Numbered from the stretch's first letter, positions 1 through 9,779 are shown. The stretch is DNA of 56,019 nt from Bacillota bacterium (GCA_009781235.1 WQYM01000001.1:1-56019), one strand, 5' to 3'. Notes: generated from the letters alone by a model not told the origin. Made by a program: numbers and translations.

Positions 1-3
1 AAA

Positions 4-73
4 GTGATATAATAAAACCGACACATTATGGGATTTGTGTATATATTCGCTCATGTCGGTTTTATTATATCAC
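4..73. repeat. perfect 20-bp inverted repeat (GTGATATAATAAAACCGACA / TGTCGGTTTTATTATATCAC) around a 30-nt loop
   Basis: Read directly from the sequence. The arms are 4-23 and 54-73. Confidence 0.9.
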
Positions 74-123
74 AATAAGCAGTCCGACGCAAGACGTCGG
101 GGAATAAAACCCGGAGAGATTTA
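73..123 (+). repeat. 51-nt block CAATAAGCAGTCCGACGCAAGACGTCGGGGAATAAAACCCGGAGAGATTTA, copy 1 of 2
   Basis: It matches 33917-33967 at 50 of 51 positions. It contains the hairpin CCGACG-CAAGA-CGTCGG. Confidence 0.9.
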
Positions 124-251
124 CAATTTGCAAATTTCGGATGAGATTTTGAGTATGCTGCGGAAACAGCGGCCGGAACAAAAGAACAAATATTGTGAAC
201 CCACAGACACATATCCCTAATTTGTAAATCGTAAGTTGTAAATCGTAAATC
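118..251 (+). mobile_element. heptamer-armed hairpin element, gene-less copy
   Basis: Left arm GATTTACAATTTGCAAATTT. The core starts CGGATGAGATTTTGAG and contains CCGGAACAAAAGAAC. Right arm AATTTGTAAATCGTAAGTTGTAAATCGTAAATC, partly complementary to the left arm. Confidence 0.7.
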
Positions 252-265
252 TTGAGTCGGTAAAA

Positions 266-305
266 AATCCGGATGACATTTTGCCAATGCCATCCGGATT
301 TTTTA
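266..305. terminator. bidirectional intrinsic terminator
   Basis: AAAAAATCCGGATG-loop-CATCCGGATTTTTT: a 9-bp stem with an A-run and a T-run. It lies downstream of the minus-strand gene ending at 384. Confidence 0.7.
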
Positions 306-358
306 CGTTTTCCGGCGGAGGAGCCAGGCTCCCGCTCTACGATAGATTTTTATCATAC

Positions 359-383
359 GCCGTTTTTCGTTTTTCGTTAACGG
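359..383. repeat. short CGTTTTT heptamer array abutting a stop codon
   Basis: GCCGTTTTTCGTTTTTCGTTAACGG lies directly next to the TAA of CDS 384..1358. The reverse-complement array is at 9702-9732. Confidence 0.6.
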
Positions 384-1358
384 TTAATACTCTGCCTCGT
401 CACCCGCGTCCGGCGGAATGTATTCGCCGTTGTCGTCGCTGCCGCGCGCCCACTTGCGCAGCTCGCAAAGCTTACCGTACAATGTTGTGGTATTCATGCG
501 AATCCAAACGGGCGACAACACCGCCTCGCCGGTCGCCAAATCGTCGGAATCGTACAGGTACATCGCGTATTTTTGAATGACGTTCTGCGAGTCGTTGATG
601 ACGATGCGGACGCGGTCGAAATGCAGCTTTTTAGTCTGCTCTTTGTTTTTCTTGGCCTCGGTGGAATTGTCTTTTACGGTCACGTACGGCTGTTTTAGCG
701 CTTTTTCTTTTGCAAACTCCGCGTCCGCGTCCTTTTCTAAAAGCGTCTTGGCGCGGACTCTGGCGTCGATGCCCTGATGAATCGCCGTGTATGTCGACTG
801 TTCCACAAAAACAAACTCTAGCACAAACCTTCCGGCGCCCGGCGCCTGCATATAATCCCGCAACGCCTGCTCGCTGACAACCTCGCGCTCAACCCGCTCC
901 ACCGTCTTTACGGTCTTGGTAACCTCGAGCCCTTCCTTGTTGATTTTTTTAAAGTCGTCCTTGTCGTAAACCAATTCCTCGGTCTTTACCTTTTGGGTAA
1001 TATACCTTAAATCTCCCACAAAGTTAAACTCCGCCGCGCTTCGAAGCATTGAATGCTCCGTGCCGACCAACCCTTGTTTTAAGAGCTTTGCGTACTCTTT
1101 TTCGAACGTTGACGTGTCCGCAGCCACAAGCCTCTCGTTTTTAACGCTGAGCATCGGAGTAGAGCCGCCGTTGCGGTCATACACGTTGACGTACTGGTAG
1201 CGGGTGAACGCATCGTCTGCGAGCGCCTTGTACGGAATAAACGCCATAACGGCAACGGCGACAACGATAACGGCCAGCACTGCAGCCGTACCAAGGAGCC
1301 ACCACTTTAGGGCGCCTTTTTTCTTGGTTTTTTTAACTTCGGAGATTAGTGTTTCCAT
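384..1358 (-). CDS. hypothetical single-pass membrane protein
   Basis: ORF 384..1508 trimmed to the ATG at 1358 (METLISEV), which has an AGGAAA upstream. The longer form would overlap the ftsH 3' end. Hydrophobic segment WWLLGTAAVLAVIVVAVAVMAF. Confidence 0.6.
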   Translation of the reverse strand: METLISEVKKTKKKGALKWWLLGTAAVLAVIVVAVAVMAFIPYKALADDAFTRYQYVNVYDRNGGSTPMLSVKNERLVAADTSTFEKEYAKLLKQGLVGTEHSMLRSAAEFNFVGDLRYITQKVKTEELVYDKDDFKKINKEGLEVTKTVKTVERVEREVVSEQALRDYMQAPGAGRFVLEFVFVEQSTYTAIHQGIDARVRAKTLLEKDADAEFAKEKALKQPYVTVKDNSTEAKKNKEQTKKLHFDRVRIVINDSQNVIQKYAMYLYDSDDLATGEAVLSPVWIRMNTTTLYGKLCELRKWARGSDDNGEYIPPDAGDEAEY

Positions 1359-1393
1359 AGGTGTTTTCCTTTTTGAATGCAGTAATGATTGAT

Positions 1394-3457
1394 TTATTGT
1401 ATCTTTTCGTATTTTTTCTTGAGCCTTTCCTCGAGCGCGGTTTTGACGTTCTCGACGGATTCGCCCGCCATAATCAAATCGACTTCCTCGGAGTAAATCG
1501 TTTCGCACTCTAAGAGCGTCCGCGCCATTATGTCTAATTCCTTACGGTACTTTGTTAAGACTTCCAGCGCGCGGGTGTACCCTTCCTCGACGATTCGGGC
1601 AACCTCTTTGTCGATTTCGGCAGCCATTTCTTCGGAATAATTGTGCGTCGTGCCGTAATCGCGCCCCAAAAAGACTTCCTGATCCGAGCCGTAAAACACC
1701 TGGCCGACCTTCGGGTTGCCGCTCATGCCCCATTCGGTCACCATGCGCCGCGCCAATCCGGTCACCATGCGGATGTCACCGCTTGCACCCGTCGAAATGT
1801 CCTCAATCACGATTGCTTCCGCCGCGCGCCCGCCCATCGTGGTGGCGATGTCGTCCTTAAAGCACGCTACGGTGTCCATCTGATTGTCATTGGTAGGACG
1901 CGGCCGCGTAAACCCACCCGCGCCGCCGCCGCGTGGGATGATGCTTACCTCGTGCACTTTTAGGCCGCTCTTGCAGGTTTTTGCCACAATCGCGTGCCCC
2001 GCCTCGTGATATGCCGTGACGCGCTTATCGAATTCCGTTACAACGCGCGACTTCTTTTGCGGTCCGAGCGTCGCCTTGTTGATGCCCTCGGAAATGTCGT
2101 TCATCGTGATTTCCGTGCGGTTTTCACGGGCGCAAATGATGGCGGATTCGTTTAACGTGTTGGCAATGTCCGCGCCGGTAAAGCCGTGTGTGATGCGCGC
2201 CAACGCCTGAAAGTCTACGTCTGCCGCGATGGGCTTGCTTCTTGCGTGCACCTTAAAGATGGCCTCGCGCCCCCTAACGTCCGGCAAATGGACGTGCACC
2301 TGACGGTCAAACCTGCCGGGACGCAAAAGAGCCGGGTCTAAGATGTCGGCACGGTTGGTGGCGGCCATCACGATGATGCCCTCGTTGGTCTCAAAGCCAT
2401 CCATCTGTACCAGCAACTGATTTAAAGTCTGCTCGCGCTCGTCGTGGCCTCCGCCCAAACCTGCCCCGCGGTGTCTGCCGACTGCGTCGATTTCGTCGAT
2501 AAACACGATGCACGGCATACTGCGCTTGGCTTGGTCAAACAAATCGCGCACCCTGGAGGCGCCCACGCCGACGAACATCTCCACAAAATCGGAACCGGAG
2601 ATTGAGAAGAACGGCACGTTCGCCTCGCCGGCCACGGCTTTAGCGAACAGCGTTTTTCCGGTTCCGGGAGGCCCGACCAGCAGCACGCCGCGCGGGATTT
2701 TTGCGCCCACTTTGGTGAACTTTTGCGGCGATTTAAGGAATTCGACGATTTCGGCCAATTCGACCTTTTCTTCCTCGGCGCCCGCAACGTCGGTAAATTT
2801 TACCTTAAGGTTGGCGGCCTGATGCGTTTTGGTCTTGCCAAAGCTCGTCGCCTGCTTGTTTTGGTTGGAGATCGAACGGTAGATGATGACGGCGATGATA
2901 GCAAACAGCAGCAGCGCTCCGATCGGGTAGATGAGATTCCAAATTGCGCCGTCATCCCGGTTGTTGGGGTTAATCTGGATAAACCTTCCGTCTTCCTTGC
3001 CCGCCTCCTCGCTTATTTTTCTAATATAATCCGCTTCTATCTCGCCCGCAAGCTCGGCGTACCGTTTTTTGAATTCTATCTCGCGGTCTATTCCCTCCGG
3101 GATGCCCGCCTTCTTGATTTCTTCGAGCACGTAGACGGTTGCCGCCGTCTCCACCCGGAACCGAATATCTGCCTTAATCCGATCGTTGTAATCGTCAAAT
3201 TTTGCCTCCAGATAAGCCCTGCCGTACGCAAAGGCGTCGTAACCGCTTTTCTTCGTCGAATTCCGATACTTGACCTCTACCTTATCGTTGTTAATCTTGA
3301 CTTCCTTAACGTTCCCTTTTTCCATCTCGATTAAGATGTCCGAAATCGGCACCTCTTGGGTCTGGTTCATCGAGCCGTACGTAATAAAAACAATCGTAAG
3401 AATAATGGCAATAAGAATTATCCCTGGAATAATGATTCTTGTTTTATTGGATTTCAA
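1394..3457 (-). CDS. ftsH: ATP-dependent zinc metalloprotease FtsH
   Basis: Walker A GPPGTGKT, Walker [10 protein letters not shown], zinc motif HEAGHA and two TM segments. TTG start preceded by GGAGG. Confidence 0.95.
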   Translation of the reverse strand: MKSNKTRIIIPGIILIAIILTIVFITYGSMNQTQEVPISDILIEMEKGNVKEVKINNDKVEVKYRNSTKKSGYDAFAYGRAYLEAKFDDYNDRIKADIRFRVETAATVYVLEEIKKAGIPEGIDREIEFKKRYAELAGEIEADYIRKISEEAGKEDGRFIQINPNNRDDGAIWNLIYPIGALLLFAIIAVIIYRSISNQNKQATSFGKTKTHQAANLKVKFTDVAGAEEEKVELAEIVEFLKSPQKFTKVGAKIPRGVLLVGPPGTGKTLFAKAVAGEANVPFFSISGSDFVEMFVGVGASRVRDLFDQAKRSMPCIVFIDEIDAVGRHRGAGLGGGHDEREQTLNQLLVQMDGFETNEGIIVMAATNRADILDPALLRPGRFDRQVHVHLPDVRGREAIFKVHARSKPIAADVDFQALARITHGFTGADIANTLNESAIICARENRTEITMNDISEGINKATLGPQKKSRVVTEFDKRVTAYHEAGHAIVAKTCKSGLKVHEVSIIPRGGGAGGFTRPRPTNDNQMDTVACFKDDIATTMGGRAAEAIVIEDISTGASGDIRMVTGLARRMVTEWGMSGNPKVGQVFYGSDQEVFLGRDYGTTHNYSEEMAAEIDKEVARIVEEGYTRALEVLTKYRKELDIMARTLLECETIYSEEVDLIMAGESVENVKTALEERLKKKYEKIQ

Positions 3458-3570
3458 AAAAACCTCCGGCGCAACTTAAAAAATAGCCGTCCGCAAACGA
3501 CACGCTGGTAGTATATCACAACTGCCGTAAAGATATCAAGCGTTTAATACGCAAAAAAACGGAAAATCAA

Positions 3571-3603
3571 AATTATTCCGGGAATTATTCCGGGAATTAT
3601 TCC
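3571..3603. repeat. 3 x GGAATTATTCC(G) tandem repeat overlapping a stop codon
   Basis: AATTATTCCGGGAATTATTCCGGGAATTATTCC. The TAA of CDS 3597..4343 lies inside a repeat unit. Confidence 0.85.
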
Positions 3604-4343
3604 CCTTCCGAAACGTTCTTCTCGCCTTTTTCTAAAAGGTTGCCGGTCGGGATGGGGCCGCGGCGGTTGATGACCACCTTGTTGATAATCAGCTCGAAGC
3701 TGCACTGCAAAAAGCCGGCGGCCTGCTCGCACAAAACCATGCGCGATAGGTAAATTTGCAAATACTCCATCGGCGCGCTCATGGCAGTGTCCATGTAAAT
3801 AAAAAGCCGAATGACCTTTTTTTCATGATCTACCGTGATGTAATTGCGCTTTATCGAAATGTTGACGCGGGAATGGACGTCGGCAATACTTAAATTCTTT
3901 TTGCGGACGCGCGAGCGGTGCGCGTCGGACTTGTCCGCGATAATCAGCGCGGCCGAAACCGGATTGACCGGGATGCCCGTTTCTTCCTCGTGGTTGCCGA
4001 TGGCTCCGATGACGGTTGCGATTTCTTCGGCGCGCATTTTCATGCGCCTTAATATTGCGTACGCCAATACGGCGCCGGTCTGGCCGTGGTTTTTGCGGTT
4101 GACCGAATTGCCGATGTCGTGGATAAAACCGGCAATCGCGCCAAGCTCGACGGTGCGCGCGTCAAAGCCTAATTCGCGCAAAATATTGGAGGTCGTTTTG
4201 GAAGCGAACCCCACGTGCCTTAAACCGTGCTCCGTATAGCCCATAACCTCGAGGTTCTTATTGGCGGCCTCGATGAGTGCGCGAAACTCGGGGTTGGCTT
4301 TAACTTGTTCGAGGGTGACGGGTTTGATGTTCTCTTTTGGCAT
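3597..4343 (-). CDS. HD-domain metal-dependent phosphohydrolase
   Basis: HGLRHV and FIHDIGN motifs. RBS AAGAGG lies before the ATG at 4343. Confidence 0.75.
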   Translation of the reverse strand: MPKENIKPVTLEQVKANPEFRALIEAANKNLEVMGYTEHGLRHVGFASKTTSNILRELGFDARTVELGAIAGFIHDIGNSVNRKNHGQTGAVLAYAILRRMKMRAEEIATVIGAIGNHEEETGIPVNPVSAALIIADKSDAHRSRVRKKNLSIADVHSRVNISIKRNYITVDHEKKVIRLFIYMDTAMSAPMEYLQIYLSRMVLCEQAAGFLQCSFELIINKVVINRRGPIPTGNLLEKGEKNVSEGE

Positions 4344-4360
4344 AATTTTTACCTCTTAAA

Positions 4361-4516
4361 AAATTACACATTACAATGTACAAATTACAATGTACAAATT
4401 ACAATGTACAAATTACAAATGCGGACTTATTTTGATAGCGGTAGGATTGGATTTGCGAACCAAATCAAGGTACAAACGAAAATAATTCGATATTTGTAAT
4501 TTGTAATTTGTAATTT
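4361..4516 (+). mobile_element. heptamer-armed hairpin element (ATTACAA arms), gene-less copy
   Basis: Left arm 4361-4420 holds repeats of (TGTAC)AAATTACAA. The core starts GCGGACTTATTTTGATAGCGG. Right arm 4492-4516, ATTTGTAATTTGTAATTTGTAATTT, contains the stop of CDS 4515..5363. Confidence 0.75.
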
Positions 4517-5363
4517 ATTTTAGCTGTTCATGATTGCTAAAATCCTTGATTCTTTTGTAACTTTCGTCGTCCGAAAAATCTCTTGTATCCTCCACATAGC
4601 CGCCCATGCGTTCGATGGCGTTGCGGATTTCCGTATATTCGACGTAAGAGCAAGACGCAAGCTTTTTATACAGGATTTCGGCGGCGCGCTCGTCCCCATA
4701 CTTGCCCAAATACCCCGCATAAAGCGGGATATTGCCGCCGGATGTAAATAAATCCAAAAGTAATGCGTAGGTGCGCTCGTCTTTTTCGGCATGCAATAAA
4801 ATTTCGGCGCAATATTCCTTTTGACGTGCGGAAGCGTTTTTAGCCCCCTCCCACAACAGCGGCGCGGCCTCCGCCGCAAACGGTGCAAGAGCCTCGATGA
4901 TCGCATCGCAAAGCTTTGCGTCGGACGCGGGGTCGAATAAAATCCGCACATAGTCGGGAATGGGGGGAGCAATGTCGTGCTCGGAGAGGAAAGAGACAAT
5001 TTCGGTGAGGAGTGAGAGATTGTCCGCTTCTTTCTTTCCCGGATCGCTCTTTGCAATCTGCCGCTTCAATATCTCCCTGCACTCCCCCGCCGCCTCTTCC
5101 ATGCGGTCGAGCAATAAGGGACACGGGGCTTGGTTTTTGCCGTGGGTCTCGCAAAACATTTCAACCATCACCCGGGCGTCGCCGATTGCGGAAAAGTACG
5201 CGCGCGGCGAAATGCCGCCAAGACCTGCGTTCGGCGCGTCTGCCCACTCGGCGTACAAATCCCGAGCAAAATCCTCGGGCTCGCGAGCGGAATTCGCTGC
5301 CGTTTCGGCGTACTTTTTGTAGGCGCACACCAAATATTTTTCAAAATCCTTATTAAAATCCAT
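4515..5363 (-). CDS. hypothetical protein
   Basis: 282-aa ORF that overlaps the upstream gene by 11 nt, an operon-like arrangement. I recognise no family motif. Confidence 0.6.
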   Translation of the reverse strand: MDFNKDFEKYLVCAYKKYAETAANSAREPEDFARDLYAEWADAPNAGLGGISPRAYFSAIGDARVMVEMFCETHGKNQAPCPLLLDRMEEAAGECREILKRQIAKSDPGKKEADNLSLLTEIVSFLSEHDIAPPIPDYVRILFDPASDAKLCDAIIEALAPFAAEAAPLLWEGAKNASARQKEYCAEILLHAEKDERTYALLLDLFTSGGNIPLYAGYLGKYGDERAAEILYKKLASCSYVEYTEIRNAIERMGGYVEDTRDFSDDESYKRIKDFSNHEQLK

Positions 5364-7239
5364 CTTCTGACTTTTTGCCCGGCTTCGGAGTTTTCGGCGC
5401 TTTTGCCTTTTTGGGCACCTTTTTCGTTTGGGGAGCCTCCGCGTTCAATTTATCGTATAATACCATAAATTCTTCCTCGGAGCAATTAAAAACCTCGCAC
5501 GCATACGGAATCAGAGAAAAAATTTTGTTAATATGCGATTTATACGCCAAAACCGCCGCAGCCGCATTCTCGTTGCATTCCGTTACCCCGGCCGCCTCTA
5601 AGCTCTCCGATACTTTTTTATACCAAAAATTTAGTTTTCGGTCAAACCCCGAATCGATAAACGCCAACGCGCTGTAGACCTTGCGATACGCAGCCAGCAT
5701 CGTCAGGTTGCGGTACCCCTTGGCAGGGACGGCGGGGCGATACCAATGAATTTGATGGTTGACGGTCATTTGAATCTCGCGCACGCGCTCGCAGCGCAAT
5801 AGTTCAAGAAACATTTCTTTTTTGGGAATAATCGGGTAATCGGGATCCAACAGCAGCTCCCGGACAATCGGATAACCCTCCGGATCGCGCGAAAGAGCGC
5901 GGCCGAGCGCCAACGAGTACACATTCCCCGGCGTAATGCCCCACTGCACCGCTTCGGCGAGGAGCTCATCCTTTTCCATCGCGCGTACCAGCTTACCCGT
6001 TCCGGACACTCGCTCGAGCGTTTTTTCTATCAGTTCGCCGAACCGCTTTGCCTCGGCTTTGGGCAGTTCGGGAATCATTTCAAAAAAGAGTGAGGAGTGA
6101 GGAGTGAGGGGTGAGGAGTGATTGCTAGAATGGTTACCGCTCTCATCCAAAAATGTACGCTGTGCATTGCGTGTCGTGCATTTTTCCCTTCCCATCCATC
6201 GTTCCTCACTCCTCACTCCTAACTCCTCACTCTCCGTAACACCCATCGCCTTATCTATCTCCCGCGCGTAATGCCTTACGGTGATGTCGGACGGGTACAG
6301 CGTTTGCAAAATCACGGCGGCGTCCTTAGCCTCGCTAAATTTCCCGAGGTTCGCCGCCGCCAACACGAGCAAAAGAAGCAGCTCGCGGTCGTAGGGCATA
6401 AAACCCAAGGCGCGGCGAAGGTATTTGTACGCCATGCCCTGGGCGCCGACCTGCGCGGCGCACAGGGCAACCCGCGCCGTCTCGGGCCACCCGTCAAAAT
6501 CAAGGACATCTAAGGCGGCAATCGCGGCGCGTGCCTCCGCCTTGCGGCCGTCCATTTCCAGCGCCAAAATCCGGGTCGAAAGCGCGTACAGGTTTTGCGG
6601 CTCGCTTTCTAAAACGCGATTGCATACCGCAAGCCCTTCCTCCACATTCCCCTCGCCGATTTCTATCAGCGCCAGATAGTTTGACGCTTCATTGAATTGG
6701 GCGCTGGACTGGGGAACGGAGAGCAAAATCCGGCGCGCAAATTCGGTGTCGGCCGAGCATAAAAGCTGTTTGGCCGCCTGTACGGCGTGCCTCGCGTCGT
6801 CTTTTTTTAAAAGGCGAAGGTGCGGCGCGGGGTCGTCGCCACTCTTTTTTAAAAGCCCCAGGTCAATCGGCTCGAACCCGTCTTCGGGAAGCAAAATTCC
6901 CGCCTCGACGGCAAAATTTAAGTAATAGGCCGCCTGTTCGGGCATCTCCATCAACGCATAGTTTTTAACCAGCCCGTAATACACCTCGTCCAACCCGTAA
7001 TCAAACGCCGTCAAAAAGTAATATTCGCGGTTGGATTCGGGAAACAGCCCCATCTCCGAATAGATGGCGGCAATTTCAAGGCGTATCGACAAATCGTCAT
7101 CTCCGTACGGGTCGTCCGAAAGTCTTTGAGCGCGGCGCAAAAACTCCAGACTGCCGATATAATCGCCGGCGTCCGCTTTATCGATTGCTTTTTGATAATA
7201 ATACTCCGCCTCGCGCGTGAATTGTTTGAGCTTCTTCAT
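5353..7239 (-). CDS. TPR-repeat protein with unknown C-terminal domain, carrying a 48-aa repeat-element insert
   Basis: The N-terminal half has TPR-like helices. There is an ATGA-type overlap with the upstream gene at 7236-7239. The insert EELGVRSEERWMGREKCTT...PHSS is encoded by 6088-6232. Confidence 0.75.
   Translation of the reverse strand: MKKLKQFTREAEYYYQKAIDKADAGDYIGSLEFLRRAQRLSDDPYGDDDLSIRLEIAAIYSEMGLFPESNREYYFLTAFDYGLDEVYYGLVKNYALMEMPEQAAYYLNFAVEAGILLPEDGFEPIDLGLLKKSGDDPAPHLRLLKKDDARHAVQAAKQLLCSADTEFARRILLSVPQSSAQFNEASNYLALIEIGEGNVEEGLAVCNRVLESEPQNLYALSTRILALEMDGRKAEARAAIAALDVLDFDGWPETARVALCAAQVGAQGMAYKYLRRALGFMPYDRELLLLLVLAAANLGKFSEAKDAAVILQTLYPSDITVRHYAREIDKAMGVTESEELGVRSEERWMGREKCTTRNAQRTFLDESGNHSSNHSSPLTPHSSLFFEMIPELPKAEAKRFGELIEKTLERVSGTGKLVRAMEKDELLAEAVQWGITPGNVYSLALGRALSRDPEGYPIVRELLLDPDYPIIPKKEMFLELLRCERVREIQMTVNHQIHWYRPAVPAKGYRNLTMLAAYRKVYSALAFIDSGFDRKLNFWYKKVSESLEAAGVTECNENAAAAVLAYKSHINKIFSLIPYACEVFNCSEEEFMVLYDKLNAEAPQTKKVPKKAKAPKTPKPGKKSEDGF
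6088..6232 (-). mobile_element. heptamer-armed hairpin element (GAGTGAG/CCTCACT arms) inserted in frame in a CDS
   Basis: The arms are 6088-6120 and 6204-6232. The core is homologous to the one at 29451-29595. The core start on the minus strand is AACGATGGATGGG. Confidence 0.85.
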
Positions 7240-8414
7240 TTCTTCGTCTTAAATTTAAACGCCGCGTTCTTTTTTTGCGCGGACGGGTCATGCTGCGGTT
7301 TTTGAGCGTCTTTCGGCGCGACTTGGTTTTCGGCCTTCGGCTTTTGAGCCGCTTCCGTCTCCCGGTCGGATTGAAAACCGGCTTCGGATGCGGTCGGCCG
7401 GGCGTCCTTTTGCTTTTGCGCGGCTCCGACGGGAGACGCGGGCTTTTTTGCGGGCTGCCCGGCAGCTAAGGCCGCAGTTTTTCTCTTTTGCTCCGTTACG
7501 TTTTCTACCGTAGCCTGCGTTTCAAATTCCTGATGGAACACCCAATGCGCGTAAACGGTCCAAAGCAACACAATGAACGATACGGCAAACAAAATCACAA
7601 GAAACAGCACAACGAAGCTGACCAAAGCTATGCCCGACATGAGAACCATCAACAAAAGCGGCAAGCCGGAAAGCGTTAAAACAATCAGATTGCGCGGCAG
7701 ATACTTTATGGTAAACGTCAAGCTGTTTTTTAGGCGCGTCTTTAGGGGCATCTGAAACGTGACCGTAAGCGTAAAAAAGAACAGGGCAATCGTCAATAAC
7801 GCGAGCGCCAGGACACAGACGAGTATCAGTAAAATTACGGCCGCGGGAACCGGCAAAAGTGGTCCCGCAATTGAACTAAATCCGGTAAAAGAAACGGCTA
7901 AGAGGAAAAAGAGGCCGGCAAAAAGCGGGCTTAGGATTAAAAACGGCAACGCGTATTTCTTGACCCCGACAAAATAATTCTTGACGACGGGAATCACCTG
8001 GCCGCGCGCCAAGGTGCGCATCACATAAAACGCGCCGGCAAGCCCCGCGCACGCCGCCAAGACGCCGAGCGTCATCCACGCGTACATCTGCACGCTGTTT
8101 ATAAACAACATGTCCCGTGCGGCCGCTTCCGCGCCCATTACGGCGGGGTTTGGTATATACCCGAAATTCCACGACTTTGGGACATACACGCCGACGGCGC
8201 TTGCCGCCAAATTAAAAATGTAATATATGGCGAACAGCGGCGTGGCGAACAACAGCGCGCAAATGTTGACCTTTACCATCGGGCCTGCGCGCCCCAGCAG
8301 AAGGTTCAAAAATAATCCGGTGCGCTTAACCTCGCACGAAAAATCTTCCGGGTTGGAAATCAGCGGCTGCTGGTCTTGCTGCTTGTCTTTTTCGGTTGCT
8401 TGTGCTTGGGACAT
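7236..8414 (-). CDS. multi-pass membrane protein, YesL/DUF624-like, with Lys/Ala/Pro/Gln-rich C-terminal tail
   Basis: It has 5-6 hydrophobic segments and a GGAG RBS. The family assignment is by resemblance only. Confidence 0.6.
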   Translation of the reverse strand: MSQAQATEKDKQQDQQPLISNPEDFSCEVKRTGLFLNLLLGRAGPMVKVNICALLFATPLFAIYYIFNLAASAVGVYVPKSWNFGYIPNPAVMGAEAAARDMLFINSVQMYAWMTLGVLAACAGLAGAFYVMRTLARGQVIPVVKNYFVGVKKYALPFLILSPLFAGLFFLLAVSFTGFSSIAGPLLPVPAAVILLILVCVLALALLTIALFFFTLTVTFQMPLKTRLKNSLTFTIKYLPRNLIVLTLSGLPLLLMVLMSGIALVSFVVLFLVILFAVSFIVLLWTVYAHWVFHQEFETQATVENVTEQKRKTAALAAGQPAKKPASPVGAAQKQKDARPTASEAGFQSDRETEAAQKPKAENQVAPKDAQKPQHDPSAQKKNAAFKFKTKK

Positions 8415-8436
8415 GGTGTGCTCCTTTGTCGCTAAT

Positions 8437-8478
8437 GCAGTAATGAATGCAGTAATGCATTCATTACTGCATTACTGC
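8437..8478. repeat. GCAGTAAT-repeat hairpin without core, overlapping a stop codon
   Basis: GCAGTAATGAATGCAGTAATG-CATT-CATTACTGCATTACTGC. The TAA of CDS 8472..9653 lies in the arm. It probably acts as a terminator-like hairpin. Confidence 0.75.
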
Positions 8479-9653
8479 TCCAAGATTCTCATGAAAAATT
8501 CAACCCCGTACAATAGGGCACTCTCGGAAAACCCGAACGTGTCCGAATGCAAGGGAGAAGAAAATTCGGCGTCTTTGATGCCAAGCCACGTAAGGCTGCC
8601 CGGGATTCTTGTCAAAAAGCAGGCAAAATCCTCCGCCGTATAACGCGGCGCGGCCGCTTTAAGATTCGGCGCGGCGAGACGCACGCGGGCAAGCGCCGGA
8701 GCGGCATTAATAAGCGGCGGGCAAACCGCGTCGGTACGGAGCTCGTGCGACGTTCCGAATTCCGCGTCGGTTCTCTTAAGAAATTCCTCAAGCCGCGCCA
8801 TGTGCGCCTCGTAATCCGAAAAGTATCTTAGCGTGCAGAGAGCCTCGCTTGAGCCCGCAACGACGTTGCGCGCTGTTCCGCCGGTAACGGCGCCCACGTG
8901 GAAGAGCGTTGACAGCGGTTGGATTTTTTCCGGTAGTTGGTGATTGGTGGTTGGTGGTTGGTCGGCAGATGGACTTGATGGATGCGAATCCAAAACCTTT
9001 TCACCATTTGCCATCCACCATTCACCATCTACCAATTGCGCCAGCGGCTTCAGCGCGTCTATCCCCTTCTCTTTCTCGGCGCAATGGGCGGCACAGCCGC
9101 GAAACTTTATCGAAAGCTCCACAGCGCCCGCCATCATCGCGCCGACACAAGAGGCAAACTCGCCGACGTATAAGGTTGGGTCGAGATGCAGCGCGTAGAT
9201 TTCGGATACCCCTTCAAGCGCTCCTCCGGCAATCATTTGCTCGGCGCCGCGCGCGCCCTCCTCGCCGAATTGGAAAATCGCGCGGATGTTTTGCGGGGGC
9301 TTTTCTTGGGTCAAGATGTCGCACAGCGTTAACAGGATGGCGGTGTGCCCGTCGTGTCCGCACGCGTGCATATTGCCGCTTTGGGAGGCAAAGGGGAGCC
9401 CCGTTTTTTCGGCAATCGGCAGCCCGTCGATATCGGCACGAAAAGCTATGGCATTGGAGGTATCTCGCCCTTCAAAATCCGCGATAACGCCCGTCAGGAT
9501 TTTGCGGTACCGGATTCCGCGCGCCTCTAAAAACGCGCAAATATAGCCTTGCGTCTCTACCTCGTAGCCGCAAAGCTCCGGGATGACATGAAGCTCACGC
9601 CTAACCTGCGTACAAAGCTCCGCTCTATCCAAAACGGATGGACGAATCTCCAC
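8472..9653 (-). CDS. M20D-family amidohydrolase (N-acyl-amino acid amidohydrolase-like) with an in-frame repeat insert
   Basis: MHACGHDGH motif and a LH..PEL start region. The start is uncertain (GTG at 9653 proposed). The longer ORF to 9860 runs through REP-like repeats. Confidence 0.75.
   Translation of the reverse strand: MEIRPSVLDRAELCTQVRRELHVIPELCGYEVETQGYICAFLEARGIRYRKILTGVIADFEGRDTSNAIAFRADIDGLPIAEKTGLPFASQSGNMHACGHDGHTAILLTLCDILTQEKPPQNIRAIFQFGEEGARGAEQMIAGGALEGVSEIYALHLDPTLYVGEFASCVGAMMAGAVELSIKFRGCAAHCAEKEKGIDALKPLAQLVDGEWWMANGEKVLDSHPSSPSADQPPTTNHQLPEKIQPLSTLFHVGAVTGGTARNVVAGSSEALCTLRYFSDYEAHMARLEEFLKRTDAEFGTSHELRTDAVCPPLINAAPALARVRLAAPNLKAAAPRYTAEDFACFLTRIPGSLTWLGIKDAEFSSPLHSDTFGFSESALLYGVEFFMRILEQ
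8933..9035 (+). mobile_element. heptamer-armed element (TTGGTGG / CCACCAT arms) inside the amidohydrolase CDS
   Basis: The arms are 8933-8962 and 9002-9035. The core is CGGCAGATGGACTTGATGGATGCGAATCC. It is translated antisense to the element as DGEWWMANGEKVLDSHPSSPSADQPPTTNHQLPEKIQ. Confidence 0.7.
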
Positions 9654-9701
9654 AACTGCATTATACCCTATTGCCGCCGTCTTGTCAACGAATCCGCAGG
9701 A

Positions 9702-9732
9702 GCGAAAACAAAAAACGAAAACGAAAAACGAG
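9702..9732. repeat. CGAAAAC/CGAAAAA heptamer array
   Basis: GCGAAAACAAAAAACGAAAACGAAAAACGAG, the reverse complement of the array at 359-383. Confidence 0.6.
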
Positions 9733-9779
9733 GGATGGGATTGGGAAGCCGAAAAGCATGGGCGTCCGTAAACCCAACC

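Noticed and set aside
6088-6232. Could the in-frame inserts be inteins or self-splicing introns?
   Set aside because: They are only about 30-50 aa or 85-145 nt and have no intein blocks or intron-like core. The TGA-to-TTA change at the single in-frame position indicates selection for read-through translation rather than removal.
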